64,000 bases of DNA from the human T2T-CHM13v2.0 reference genome, Homo sapiens, in assembly GCF_009914755.1 (NCBI RefSeq), contig NC_060927.1; one strand, given 5' to 3'. This document shows positions 1 through 13,505 of this stretch, one piece after another; positions within the stretch are counted from its first letter, which is position 1; each line of letters begins with the position of its first letter. A program made the position numbers and the translations under genes. Below the pieces are notes generated by a model. That model was not told where the DNA came from. It searched no databases and saw only the letters and a list, made by a program, of their open reading frames with translations.

Positions 1-1034
1 GAAACAAAAACAGGAAAAGGTAGAATCTTATCAAATCAAGTATTATGTCACATTAATTTTATAGTAATAACTTGTTATACAGCATGGATATCAACCTCAT
101 TCTTTACTTCCTCTTGCTTTCATGTTCTAATATAGCTTTTCTATCACTTTTCTTGCTTAATTTTAAATAAGAATAAAAGTACTTGCAATTCCATTTAAAA
201 ACATCCACTTTTGAATATTTTGGTTCATTTTGTTCTAATCTCAGAGAAAGATATCTTTTTAGAAACACTGCCTTTTAAAATACATCCATATGTATTTTAT
301 TTATATCCATATGAATTTTTTTTCCCATTTATAAAGTAACACATACTTGTTATCACAAATTCAAACCAAAGTGTATAAAGAAAAAAGTTGGCTGTGTTTT
401 GTTGCCACATTTTTGGATCTAATTGCCTAAAGATCAGGCAAATTGGCATGGCTTCTGTAACTAGAGGTTAGCTGTTAGTGAAACTTTTTTGCCAAATTAC
501 TTGCACAGTGTCACTCCACTAGAGCTCTGGGTCAGTTGGATAGACCATTTTACGAATTTCAAGACAACATCTAAAATATATGTTGTTTTGCAACATCTTC
601 TCCCAGTAAGTAGTGTCAGAACTTGCTCCTCTGGCTTTGATAAAGTGAATTGCAACAGGGAAGCTGAGTCAATTGAGGGTGAGATTTAAAGTTTTATATT
701 TTAATGTTTTTCGGTTTAACAAGATGCAGTGAACACTGTGACAGTAGTGAAATAGAATTTCCTTCAGCAGTCTCTTTGAATGACTCAAACCCCGATATAT
801 TTGCTCTTCCCTCCTGAGTGGAGAAAGAATGATGGATTCAGAATAGATAGGGGCCATGACTGCAGAAGATTTTTATTTCTGATTAGACCCTGACAGCCAC
901 CTAGCTTGTTTTAGAAATTGAAGGAAAAGAAATTTTTTTTTTTGTTTTAAAGATACAGTGAGAGGGAGGGTAAGAATAGCTATATTACTTATGTTTAGCC
1001 CCCAAAAGGCGAATATATCACACACTTGATTTCA

Positions 1035-1180
1035 CCCCTCTTCTGCCCTTGACAGACACTGCTAATCAACCAGGTCACATTTCCCACTGAGCTTAAATAT
1101 AGCCTCAGGATTTTTCTTGATACAGCCCTCTGGGCAGCTGCTACCAATCTATCTGGGTTGGCTTATGAGATTGATTTACA
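1035..1180. mobile_element. MER102-like hAT-Charlie DNA transposon relic
   Basis: gacagacactgctaatcaa...ttcccactgag...gcctcagga...cagctgctaccaatc resembles the recalled MER102 consensus; a related stretch lies at ~49770-49925. Confidence 0.45.
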
Positions 1181-1345
1181 GAGTGCATTATTTATTCATT
1201 TATTCAACATTTATTGAACATCTAAACTGTGCCAGGCATGTTAAAGGCATTCAGCAGCAAGACATGAAACTTAAATTCCAATGAAAATAAAAACTTTTTA
1301 TTGCCTTTTTTGGTCCTGCACATTTGCTTGGCATGCAGTAGGTGC

Positions 1346-1394
1346 TCTATATCTATATATCTATCTATATATCTAGCTATATATATATATATCT
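1346..1394. repeat. (TA)n/(TCTA)n microsatellite
   Basis: tctatatctatatatctatctatatatctagctatatatatatatatctc seen directly. Confidence 0.9.
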
Positions 1395-3548
1395 CACATT
1401 GCATTTAATTGGTACGTGAAGAACATTCTGGCATCAGCTGACCCAGCTGAGAGGTGAAGAGTGGCTATGGTTCTCCCTCAAATAATAAGAACATTTTTTC
1501 CACCTCAGTTCACTTCCTGCTCAGGGTCTATTAAAAACAAATTCATCATCAAGATCAGTTCTCAACTCGGTAGGTTTTGAGGGGCAGGGGGAGATAGCCA
1601 CAAGAAGAATCAGACACAGAATCTCATCTCATCCCTTAAATCTGACCTCTGAATGTCTTTTAGATTTGCTGATTGGATTCTTGCTAGAACACAATATCAG
1701 ACTTCATCCTCAAAGGAAATAAATTAAGCTGCTCCACACAAGGACAAATGGTTGACATTGTGCTCTTGCTAACATCTTGTGTGCAGCTGTGAACAGCTGT
1801 GTTAGTGCCAGTTAAGCTGTGATAGCATCATTTGGGAAAGAGATAAAGGGCAATTCATTCACAAAGCGCTATTCAAAGGGTCTCACAGGTGTGCTCTAAG
1901 GATTGTTTTTCTGCTATCTCTCTTCTATCTAAAATATATACTGACTTAAGGTGATTGGGTAATATAATTCTGACAAAATTACAGGTCACCTCCCTCCAGG
2001 AATGGTGTTTTAGGAATATATGCTGTGAAATTCATAAACAAATAGGAAATAGAAAAAAAGCATTTCCCACTTGAAAAGAGGATAAGCATCTGACTCTGAA
2101 GTGAGTCTGACCATTTATTCATTCCCTTATGAATAATCCCCAGTTTCCCCCTTCTCTGGTAGAGAGAAGCACAAAATGTGCCAAGAGAGTGGCTCTTTTA
2201 GAAAACAGCCTTAACACCCTTATTTGCAATTTTACTCCCCTCCCATCCCACTCCCTCCAGAAAAAAAGAGGCCACCAGCTGTTTGACCACAAATGGTCAG
2301 CTCTTTTAGTGAACAAGAACAGGGTCAGCTACTAACTACCAGTGAAGGGGACAAAAATTAGATGAGAAAAGGGATATCTTGTGAAAATAGATTGAAATGG
2401 CATTTGGATGTTTGTTTTAAACAGACTTCAGTTTGCCATATGAAGAGGAAATTGTGTGTATGGGATGCCCGCTTGAAAATTTGAGAAAGATAAAGCAGTA
2501 ACATTAAACGGGATAGAAATTCTAGGTCAATGTTCCCAAATGCTGGCCCTAACCCTCGGCCACATCCCCAGTACTGCTGAGTGAACTTGTTAACGCTATG
2601 GGTTCCCTGGTATCACTTTGTGTAGAAACACTGGAAGCAGTGCCTGAGCTTTTCCAATCAATTCCCCAGATAAGGTTAGAGTATACAGCTAGATTTGGGA
2701 ATTACTGGTAGGTCCCAGGCTAAACAAACAAAAATACAGCAGATCAAATACCTAGAGGAGAAAACTGCAGACAGAACAAGAAAAATGAGATGGAAGGCCT
2801 GCCCCTCTGTCTAGAGCCAAACCAACAGGTACAATTTTGTAATCAATAAAGGGTAATTAATTGAAGACTTCTTACATGTCCAATACTGATCCAAATGCTC
2901 TCTATTCCTTCAAGCTTTTAATCTTTGAAGCATAAGAAACTTTATGAATGAAGCTTCCTTCACATGGGACACACACACAGTTTAAAGCAGATGGAAGATC
3001 ACACAGCTGGTAGGTAGCAGAACCAAGCTTCGAACCCAGGCAGTCTAGATCCACAGCCTGTGCTCTCAACCTCTGCCTTTACCTCATCCTGTCTTTCCTG
3101 TGCAAACGGAAGGCCCTTGGGAAAATAATATTATTAACAAGTCAGTGCCTTGCCTCAGGGAGCTCACATAAATTCTTAGTATAATGGAGCCAGTGCAGTG
3201 TGCAATGTGCAAAGAAAAACTCACAGGTCACTGCAGCATTACAGAGGAGGCCTGACCCAGGATGGGGAGTGGGCTCTCTGGAGGTGGTGATGCCAGATCT
3301 GAGATCTTAAAGGATGAGTAAGAGTGAGTCAGAAAAAGATTGGCAGGTGGGAAAGGCATTGTAGGAGGAGCAAAGATAAAATAGTTCCAGGCATCTCTAG
3401 GCTTCTCTCAGGAGAAGGGTGAATGGATACAAGGTGGTAAGCATAATAATCTACTCAATTATTGACAGTAATTATTAGTGATTATGGTATAATTGGGACT
3501 ACTCTTAATAATTATCACAATTGTTTGTAATATTGAGTGAATAGTGAT

Positions 3549-4085
3549 TGTAGTGTTCCACAGCCTATTGCTGGGTAATAAATTATTCCAACACCTAGTG
3601 GCATAAAACTATTTTTTATTATACTCTTGGAATTTATGGATAAGAAATTCTGACTACAAAGGTTGGGTGGATTGAGTCTGCTTCTCAGTGTCTGGGGCCT
3701 CAGCTGGCATTAACTCGACTAGCTGGGGCAACGAACAATTGCCGTTGGAGTGCTTACTTCCAAGCAGCATGGTCTATCATCCTGGTGGCAATGATTGGAA
3801 GACTGGACTAAGATGGGACTCTTGACCAGAGGTCCTCCATGTGCCTTCCTCAGCATGGTGGCACTGGGGAAGTGGAACTTCTTTCAAGGTAGAACAGTGC
3901 TTCTAGCAGGCAAGGTGGAGGCTGATGTCGTTGCGACCTAGCTTTGGAAGACAAACTGTCATCTCCACCACAGGCTGTTGTTACAGCACTCATAAGGACT
4001 TCCAGATTCAAGGGGAGGAGACATAGCTTCAATTTGCAATGGGAAGAACACCAAAGAGTCTGGAGTCAAGTTTTAAAATTATCAC
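3549..4085 (-). mobile_element. MLT1 (ERVL-MaLR) solo LTR
   Basis: tgtagtg...ctattgctgggtaataaattattccaacacctagtggcataaaac...cagattcaaggggaggagacatag...aaaattatcaca, typical MLT1 blocks with TG...CA ends. Confidence 0.7.
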
Positions 4086-4089
4086 ATAT

Positions 4090-4320
4090 GATTAGGATGT
4101 ATGGAGTGCTTCCTATGTGCTGGGCACTCTGCATCTATGCTTAACCAGAGATACTCACTGAAAGCTCATCGCAACAGTAGGAAATATGTGCTATGATCAC
4201 CGCAGTTTATAGATAAGGGATCACAGGGATGGGGGTATATGTAACTTATCCAAGGTCCCCAGTAAGTGCCCAACTTTGGAATTCAACCCAGATCTGTAGG
4301 CTTAAAAGCTTAACCGTAAC
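4090..4320 (-). mobile_element. MIR SINE
   Basis: gagtgcttcctatgtgctgggcact...tttatagataaggga...gtaacttatccaaggtc...ggaattcaacccagatctg. Confidence 0.7.
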
Positions 4321-4829
4321 CTGTATTACTGGGTATTCTTTGTAACTCAGCCCCGACTCCTGACCCAATGTGTATAGTAGGCTCATTGTGAGTGTTTGTG
4401 AAAAGAAAGAAAGTCTCAGCAACTATATATCTAAGGGGACCCAAATAGGGACTTTGGTGGGAGGCAATATAATGCTTGGCAACTCCCATATTCTCTTTTG
4501 CTCTTGGCAGACATGAAATCCTTAGGAACCAACTTGGGCTGTGCGGACTTTGGGCTTGATCTTTACATGTCTCATATAATTGCTCAAATAATTCTTTCTA
4601 TGGTGGCCTCATCCCCAGAGACCTTGTGCCAGGATCCTGGAATTAGGGACAACTACAATTTGGTAAATACTTCTGAATCAAAGTTCTCTGAGATTCAGGA
4701 AAAATGAACACAAGTTGGGAGCATTATTTTCCAGGATTATAGAAAAATGTATTAATATTTTCACTGCTTTTTGTGGCTTATTCCAATCAGAAGAGTCATC
4801 AGTAGCATTTAAACCCAAATTAATTTTGT

Positions 4830-5150
4830 TTCCATTTATCCACTCATCCAACATTTATTTTTTCACTCATCTTAGTGTGTTTCAGGCACTGTGCTGAATC
4901 ATGAAGACACCATGGTGAATAAAACAGACATTGTCTCCTCCCTCACAGAGCTTATACTCCAGTAAGAGAGACAGAGAGAAACTAAGTAGATAACTCCACA
5001 AATACATAATTGCTAATTCTCGAAAGTGCTACCAAGGAAACTAATAAGGAGATAAAATAACAAAAGGGCAGAGGGTGAGGTTGGAAGTCTCTAGAGGGGT
5101 GATAGTTAAGCTGAAACTCAAAGGAAGAGAAGAAAAGAAAGGCCATGACC
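4830..5150 (-). mobile_element. L2 LINE 3' fragment
   Basis: tccactcatccaacatttatt...caggcactgtgct...ggtgaataaaacagaca...ccctcacagagcttatactccagt. Confidence 0.7.
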
Positions 5151-5219
5151 CTATTTATTTTTATTCTGATTTCTTCTTTGGTCCCAACTTTTTTTGAGTT
5201 CAAACCCTGTATTCCATAG

Positions 5220-5337
5220 GAAATTATGCTCAAAGAGCATTAGAACATTGAGGCCAGAAGAATCTAACTGGTCCTTATTCTCGTATCAAGTTTGTGTGCC
5301 CAGACTCGTTATAGACTGAGCCCTTTGCCTGACAAAG
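5220..5337 (+). other. Candidate noncoding exon (+ strand)
   Basis: Acceptor ccctgtattccatag before 5220 and a strong donor AAG|gtaagt at 5337/5338; no recognisable coding content. Confidence 0.25.
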
Positions 5338-5564
5338 GTAAGTCTTGAGATGTAAGGATTGACCTTATTCCCCAGCAGCAGAGACCTGAGTCCAGCCCCA
5401 ACTGCCAGCCTCGAAATGCTCAGTCGTTGGTATGCCCACCAAGATCCTTTCATCCTCATGCAAACAGTGTTGATGGGCCATTCTGCCTGTCTTCCAGAGA
5501 CACCTTCAAACTGCAGAAGTGGGCTAGGCCTTCAGGCTAGAAGCCATTGAAAGATGGGCTTCCA

Positions 5565-5917
<353 letters not shown>

Positions 5918-6394
5918 TTATATTTACCAAGGTACTGACATTTAAGGAAATCTGGCCTTGTTGGGATGGGGGGCAAGCTAATAATTACCCCTTTATTTAT
6001 TTTTTAAAGTTTAGATACTCATTGACCTAATGAAGAAGGTCTCTAGGATTTGAGCTGTTGACAACTGTGGCAGTTGCAGGAGGTGACACGGGGGACTCAG
6101 CAGCACTGGAGACCTTGGGTTGGTGCATTTTAATAGTCTGTGGAATATCAAAACATGCAGTTATTATTTGAGACCATTCTTTGGAAATTGTTTCATTCAT
6201 GTGTATATGTACATAGAATATAAATATGTAACAGCATAATTAGTATGCATACATGGACTTATTTAAATTTTAAAATAGCAGCTAATAACTTATTGCATAC
6301 CTACTAATCTCAGTTCTTAGAACAACCTAATAAAATGGTTATGATTATAACATTGTATAGGTGAGGAAGTAATAATATATCAAATAACACTTTT

Positions 6395-6548
6395 ATTGTC
6401 CAGCAGAATACCCACTGGATATATGGGGCTATTTCAATTTAAGTTATTTAAAATTAAATAAATTTATAGTTCTTCAGTCACACTAGCCACATTTCAAGTG
6501 TCTAGTAGAGCATTTCCATCATCACAGAAAGTTCTGGTAGACAGTGCT
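6395..6548 (-). mobile_element. MER3 hAT-Charlie relic
   Basis: ttcagtcacactagccacatttcaagtg...catttccatcatcacagaaagttctggtagacagtgct. Confidence 0.75.
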
Positions 6549-6562
6549 CTGTCTACCAGAAC

Positions 6563-6777
6563 TCTAGTTTCTCAGCTCTGGCACTAGACATTTTGGGCTG
6601 GCTGATTGTTTGCTACAGGGACTTATCCTGTGCATTCCTTGTACGGTGTTTAGCAGCCACTACTCATAGTCACCGGTAGCACCTTCCTCCACTTGTGGCA
6701 ACCAAAAATGTCTCCAGACAGTGCAAAGTGTCCCCTAGAAAGAGAGAGCAAAATCATCCCTGGCTGAGAACCAATGT
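6563..6777 (-). mobile_element. MER20 DNA transposon
   Basis: ggcactagacattttgggctgg...caaccaaaaatgtctccagaca...aaaatcatccctggctgagaaccaatg. Confidence 0.85.
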
Positions 6778-8902
6778 TCTAGATTCAGCCTAAGGGTTAT
6801 GAGCTGACTGGGAACTCCAGGAAGGTGCTTTAAATACTTTGAGTTTAACTTTTCCCATTGGTAAAAGAAACTTAAAAAAATAGAATATATTTTCATGAAA
6901 TTTTCTGAGGGTTAAATACTGTAGGTTAAGAATTTAGTAGATAATAAAAGTGGATTAAAGGAATTTTTGGACTCAAATGTCCTTACTCTGCCCTTAAACC
7001 GATGTCTAGATGAGCTGATGTGGCAACTGGAAGCCTGGAAATCAAGATTTCTGCTTGCTCTTCTATTACCCTATCCATGAACTTGGGTTTCCATGTTTAG
7101 ATAGCTCAAGGTCTGGAGACAATGACAAATTTGACTTTTTAAGACAACAAACCCTGGGGACTTAGAAACTGTTTAGAAACAAACAAGACTCTAACTTAAA
7201 ACAGAAAGTCATCATTCTGCTTCATTGCCCAGGTTTTGTCGGAGTGACCTTGAGAGTGTACGCAATGATGAGGCAAGCAATTAATAAGGGAGGATTTTAA
7301 ATGTCTCTATAAAAATAGGATCAAAAACTTAGATCAATTATAATGAAAATAATTAAAACACATTAATTTGAACAACTGTCAGTAAACTATTGGACGTTTC
7401 TATCTCAACTGTCTAAATAAGCATTTGGCCCTATTACACTCAGACTACTAGTTAGAAAGTTAGAAGGATAAGTAAATTAGTAGTTTTAAAGTTGGTACCT
7501 ACCATTGCTTTAAAAAAAACAAACAAATATAGTGGTTTGTTGGGCTTTCAAGGGAAACCATAATCAACTTATTCTTGTCCTTGATATTTTCCTTGGTTTG
7601 TAGGATGGAGTTGAATGTAACTTTCTGAGTATAAAATCATCAGTAGATTGGACTATGTGAACTAATCTTTGAAATTTTTTTAAACCTATTATAAAGGAAA
7701 TTCCGTAAGATTTAAAACTAATGCATTGAGCAGAGGAGTAAAATAGTTCATTTCTTCAATTTCTGTTTCAATGATTGATACCTGAGAAGTCACCTGTCTA
7801 TTAGAAACAGAGTTCAAGTTCACCATTTACATAATAACCTGGTCATTCACCATGCGTTTACAATGTATCAGGCCCCAGGTAAAGAATTAAGTATTACATC
7901 ATTCATCTCATCTAAACTTCCTAACAGTATGAAGGGGGAATTATTTCCTTTCATTTTGAAGATGCGAAAAAGGCTGAGAGTTTGGATAACCTGATAATAA
8001 GGGGTATAGCCAAGTTTCAGACTCAGGTCTGCAAAATGTCAAAGCTTTTGGTCACTTGCCCAGATGCAGGTGAGCTGCAGATCAGTGGTGAAGAAGATAT
8101 TTCTTCTGACATGTAAATCCACACCTAGCTCTCCTCCACACCAGTATCTCTGCTTGCTGCATTTGAACAAGGGACATAGTGTTATCTGTGTCCTTTGGCC
8201 TTGTTGATTCATTAAGCTGGATTATGAATGAGTCATTCTTCACAGCCTTGCTAAACAAAATATATATTTTTAATATGACGAGTCAGCCAGTATCTCTGGA
8301 TATTTTCTAGGTTACTTGTTCATCAGAGAAAAATTCTGAGTAGCCATTTAAAAAAAGGAAACAGGTTCTACGGAAATCAATCAAACCAGTCCAACACCAC
8401 CAGCCCCCACCCCAAAAAAGAAAAATATTCAAAATGGTCTCAAAGAAAGAACTCACTAATTTAGAGTTATTGAAGGGAGAGATAATTCTGAATTAATAAA
8501 ATATTTTAATTAAAATATGAGTTAAAAAAAGAAAGTCATTATCTTTGTGATACTTGATGAATGAATGAATCAATCAAACTGGAGTGCAGAAAATATAAAA
8601 TGATATCAACTGGGCAAAAATAGAATCTTGTGGAGAACTCACTGGGCCTAGTTTGATGAACAGATGAGGGATTTTTGAATACAGTTTTTCATTTACTTAC
8701 AGGTCAAGGGGCTACTATAGTTTCAGGGGAAAAAACTATTCCTATAAGCTGGTGGACATTACCCTTGCAATCTTTTTATGCTGTACTTTTCTTAACTAAC
8801 TCTTTAAGACGCAGAGGTAATGAACTCCTCAGACTCTACCAAATAATAAGAAATGATGAATTGTTGGGACTGGAATTCATGAAGTCTTCTTATATAGTCA
8901 AA

Positions 8903-9512
8903 TGTTTACAGCAGCACAATTCACAATTGAAAAAATATGGAACCAGCCTAACTGCCCATCAACCAATGAGTGGATAAAGAAAATGTGGACATATGTGGAC
9001 ATATATAGACACACATGTCATATGTACGTATATACTATGGAATATTGCTCAGTCACAAAGAGGAATGAAATAATGGCATTTGCAGCAACCTGGTTGGAAC
9101 CAGAGACCATTATTCCTTTTGTTTTTTTTTTTTGAGATGGAGTCTCGCTTTGTCACACAAGCTGCAGTGCAGTGGCACAATCTCAGCTCACTGCAATCTT
9201 CACCTTGTGGGTTCAAGCAATTTGGAGACCATTATTCTAAGTGAAGTAACTCAGGAATGGAAACCCAAACATCGTATGTTCACTTTCATAAAAGAGAGCT
9301 AACCTGTGAGGATGCACACACATAAGAATGACATAATGGACTTAGGGGGAAGGGTGGGAGGGGGGTCGGGGATAAAAGACTATACATTGGGTGCAGTGTA
9401 CACTGTTTGGGTGATAGGTACACCAAAATCTCAGAAATCATCACTAAAGAACTTAGCCACGTAACCAAACACCACCTGTTCGCCAAAAACTATTGAAATA
9501 ATAATAATAAAA
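8903..9512 (+). mobile_element. L1PB-type LINE-1 3' end, interrupted by an Alu fragment
   Basis: ORF2 C-terminal remnant (MFTAAQFTIEKIWNQPNCPSTNEWIKKMW) followed by L1 3'UTR and an A-rich tail. Confidence 0.9.
9116..9223 (-). mobile_element. 5'-truncated Alu (right-arm piece) inserted in the L1
   Basis: poly-T then gagatggagtctcgct...gggttcaagcaatt; TSD gagaccattattc on both sides (9103-9115, 9225-9237). Confidence 0.9.
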
Positions 9513-9733
9513 TATAACTTTATAAAGGACAACCAAGTATGGTTACTTCTATTTGAACTAGTCACATTTTGTTCCACCAGATTTATCACTTTTCTCATAC
9601 TAATAACATGGGAAACTAAATTCTAATTTGATGTGCTGGTATTTATTTTTGCCTTGGTAAAACATTTAGTCCTATCTCCAATGTCTGTCTAAAAGAAATA
9701 GACATCTAACTAATACAAAACAGGCAGACTAGC

Positions 9734-10139
9734 TTTATTAGTCTGTTCTCACACTGCTAATAAAGACATGCCTGAGACTAATTTATTTATAATTTATAAA
9801 GGAAATTTATAAAGGAATTTATAAAGGAAAGAGGTTTAATTGACTCACAGCTCAGCATGGCTGGGGAGGCCTCAGGAAACTTACAATCATGGCAGAAAGG
9901 GAAGCAAACACGTCGTTTTTCACATGGTGGCAGGAAGGGGAAGAATGAGTGCCCAGCGAAGGGAGAAGCCCCTCATAAAACCATCAGATCTCAAGAGAAC
10001 TCACTATCATGAGAACAGGATGGGGGAAACGGCCCCCATGATTCAATTATCTCCACCTGGTCCCTCCCACAATACATGGGGATTATGGGAACTGCAATTC
10101 AAGATGAGATCTCGGTGAGGACACAGCCAAACCATATCA
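9734..10139 (-). mobile_element. THE1 (MaLR) solo LTR
   Basis: tattagtctgttctcacactgctaataaagacat...ggacacagccaaaccatatca; 5-bp TSD ctagc (9729-9733, 10140-10144). Confidence 0.93.
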
Positions 10140-10200
10140 CTAGCTAATGAATAATAAATAATCTTGGAGGAAAGAAAAAAAACACGGAAATTAATTTGAA

Positions 10201-11200
10201 TGTGTTAGATATCTATTGCTGATAACAAACTTTTTCAAATCTTAGGGGCTTAAAAGAACACACATAAACTATTTCACACTTTATGTGGGTCAGGGATCTG
10301 AAAGGACTTAGTTTGGTGATTCTGGCTCAGGGTCTTCTCATGAGGCTGCAATCAAGGTATCAGCCAGATAACAGTCATATAAGGCATGACACAGGCAGAA
10401 GAAGCTGCTTCAAATCTCATTCATAGGCCTGTTGGTCTGAAGCTTCAGTTAGACACCATGTGGGCATCCAGGGCACTATTCATAACACAGAAGCTGGCTT
10501 CCCCAAGAGTGTGTGATTTAAGAAACAGAGGGAGAGGGAGAGGGACAAGGATAATTCAATATGGATGCCACAGTCTTTTTATAACCTAATTTTGGAAGTG
10601 ACATCCCATCTGTATGAGTCTGTTCTAACATTGCTATAAAGAAATGCCTGAGACTGGGTAATTTTTAAAGAAAAACTGTTTAATTGGCTTGTGGTTATGC
10701 AGGAAGCACAGTTATACAGGAAGCATGGCTCAAGGAGATTTAGAGGCTTAATTGGCTCATGGTTCTGCAGGAAGCACAGTTGTACAGGAAGCATGGCTCA
10801 AGGAGATTTTACTCATGGCAGAAGGCAAAGTGGGAGCAGGCATCTTCACATAGCCAGAGCAGAAGGAAGAAACAGAGGTCAGAGATACTTACACACTCAT
10901 AAAAACCAGATCTAGTAAGAACTCACTGTCACCATGGCAGTACCAAGGGGGATGGTGCTAACCATGAGAAACCACCCCCATGATCCACTCGCCTCCCACC
11001 AGGCCCCAACTCCAGCACTGGATATGAGATTTTGGTGGGGACACAGAGCCCAAACATACCACCATCAGTTCCGCAAAATTGTGTGTTAGAAGCCAGTCAG
11101 TAAGTCTGGCCCATGCGCAAGGAGAAGGAAAGGATTAAACAAGGTCATGAATGCCGAAAGGAAAAAAATCACTGAGGATATCTTAGAGGCTGCCTACCAC
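10201..11200 (-). mobile_element. MLT1 solo LTR split by an MST insertion
   Basis: MLT1 blocks at 10201-10610 resume at 11062 (tcagttcc...agaagccagtcagtaagtctggccca...ggctgcctaccac). Confidence 0.75.
10611..11061 (-). mobile_element. MST (MaLR) solo LTR with an internal 68-bp duplication
   Basis: tgtatgagtctgttctaacattgctataaagaaatgcctgagactggg...cccaaacatacca; TSD ccatc (10606-10610, 11062-11066). Confidence 0.9.
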
Positions 11201-13224
11201 CAATGAGTTTTTTTTTTAATAACGCTGATAGCTACATGCTATAGATTATCCAGAAGTAGTCATCTCTGCAAAGCATGTCCTGGGGACACTAGAGGAAAAG
11301 TAAAACAAAGAGTAAATGTTTCTAAACCATGTTTTGGTGCTTGGATTTTTTCCCTGTGAATTTTCCCCCTAAGCCATTTAAGGAAAAAAGACTTTATTCA
11401 CATATATGACAACCATTCACCCAGAGCTGGCCATCCACAGGAGCAGAAATATTGTTCACTTCCATGGTATAGCTTGAGAAGAGTCAGAGAACCTCTCCTT
11501 TCAGAGCATCTTCTAAAAGAAGTTCTGTGATGATCTTTGGGGTATAAGACATTCTCAAGAGAAGAAACACCATCCCTAAGGGGCAAAAATTGGCTCATGG
11601 GGGCAAAAAGTCCTTACTCTTACGGCGTGATGATGAAAAGAAGATGGATAAAAACTGGTGTAGAACAAGCCAGTAAAGAGAGTTCTAAGGCAAGGAAGGC
11701 TTTGAGGAGGGAGGGACTGGGAGTCAGATTCAGCTCTGGTTGAACACGGAGAGACGGAATTTGGAAGAGTATAAATGGACTGTCCCAGACATGTGTTGGG
11801 CTGGAGTTTTACTTCTCAATCTGATGTTACCTAATTTCTACCTTTTAGGGATTCCTCACAGTTTATGGCCCATGGAGAGTTCCTTTCTAGTTTTGTAGTG
11901 CACCTGTGTACAAACTCATTTCAAACATGTTTGCTGGCATTTCTGGAAGATTTGAGGTTGGTGGAAGAGGTTGTAGCTTGTGTTTAGTTTGCTACCTTGG
12001 AATGAAAAATGTTTATTACAGAGCCAGGGAAAATGGCTCTATTTTCTCCTATTCCTCCTTCCTCCCACTCCTTCTGAATAGAGGTAGAATCTGCAATTTG
12101 CGGTCAGGAAGAAAAAAGGACTAGAAAATAGGCACGGGGTGTGTGGAATAGAGTTAAGGAAAGTGAAGTAGCAACGAAACTTGCACCATCAGCCACTCTA
12201 TGAGAGCCTGGTCCTAACACTCATGGTGTATCTACATTTGCATTTTCTCATTTTTTAAATGGAGGGTTTGTATAAAATGGTACTTAAGTTTGACTCTAGC
12301 TTCAACAATATATAATCCCATAAAATATCATATCTATCTTCAAATATAGCTGTTAGAATTGTATGTCTTTGGGTTAGGGCTTTGATTCTCCTCTTGCAAT
12401 TCAAATACTCAGCAGACTAGTAAAAGTTTAGCTGTTAACCTATAATTGTCACCTTTATGTGAACTGCGTATATTCACAACATACAGAGAAAAGACTCCAA
12501 GTCTCAGGACTCTTAATGGATTCAGTATAAGAGTCAAGAATCAAGTCCTTGTGGGCCCTAGTCTAGGACTTGGAAGACCCTGAAGACATTTAGCCCAAAT
12601 CATCATTTTACCTAAAGTCAGCCTATTACATTGAATCTCATGAAATTCTCATTTTTGTAGATGAGAACTTGTTGAATTTGGCAATGTTACGTAGTCAAAA
12701 CTAGAGTTTAGCCAGTAGATCAATGTCCTTTAATGAGAAGCATTTTTTTATTAAATAACATTTTTATCTATTTTAGGACATTTATTAAATAATTGCCACT
12801 GATTATATTTTATCATCTTCTAAATGCAAGGTGTAACTGAATTCGAAAGTGACAACACAAGAATAGGTGTCTATTTATAATGAATTAGTGTGAAAAACAG
12901 AAAGTTATTATTTTTCCGTTTGAAAGAAAGGTTGTTCATTAATAAATACAGTCAGTCCACTTGCAGTTTTAAGACTCTGCTCTTTCCACTTTTTCCTTGT
13001 ACAGTTTGTAACAATTTCTAGTGGAAATGGCCCAAAAAATAAGAAACTCTAGCTTACTGATCATGCAGAAAGCCATGGAGGCAGGAGTAGAAGGAGTGAT
13101 GGTGTATGGACTCTTCTGTTTCAGCCTAGTTTTACTAGGTCTACTCTGAGATTCTGTGGAAATCTATAGCAGATTCCATTTCTAAACTAGCAAATGAGTA
13201 AACTATACATGGAAGCTGAGGCTT

Positions 13225-13505
13225 AAAGGGAGAGAAGGAAGAAGAAGAAGGAGGAGAAGGAGAAGAATTAGGAGAATTGGAAGGAAATGGAGGAGAATTA
13301 GAAGAAGTGAGAACATTCAAAGAACTTTGAGAAGAAGAGGAATTGGAAACAGAAGAAGAACTGGGGGAGAAAGAGGGAAAGAAGTGAAGAGAATTGTAGA
13401 GGGAAAACAAGTGGAAGAGGAGGAGGAGAATGAGAAGGAAGAGAGCACTCATGGTTTCTAATACATGATCACTGGCTTGGCCACTATAAGAGAAGAAGAA
13501 GAAAG
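13225..13505 (+). repeat. GA-rich low-complexity purine tract (GAA/GGA)
   Basis: gagaaggaagaagaagaaggaggagaaggagaagaattagg... seen directly. Confidence 0.9.
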
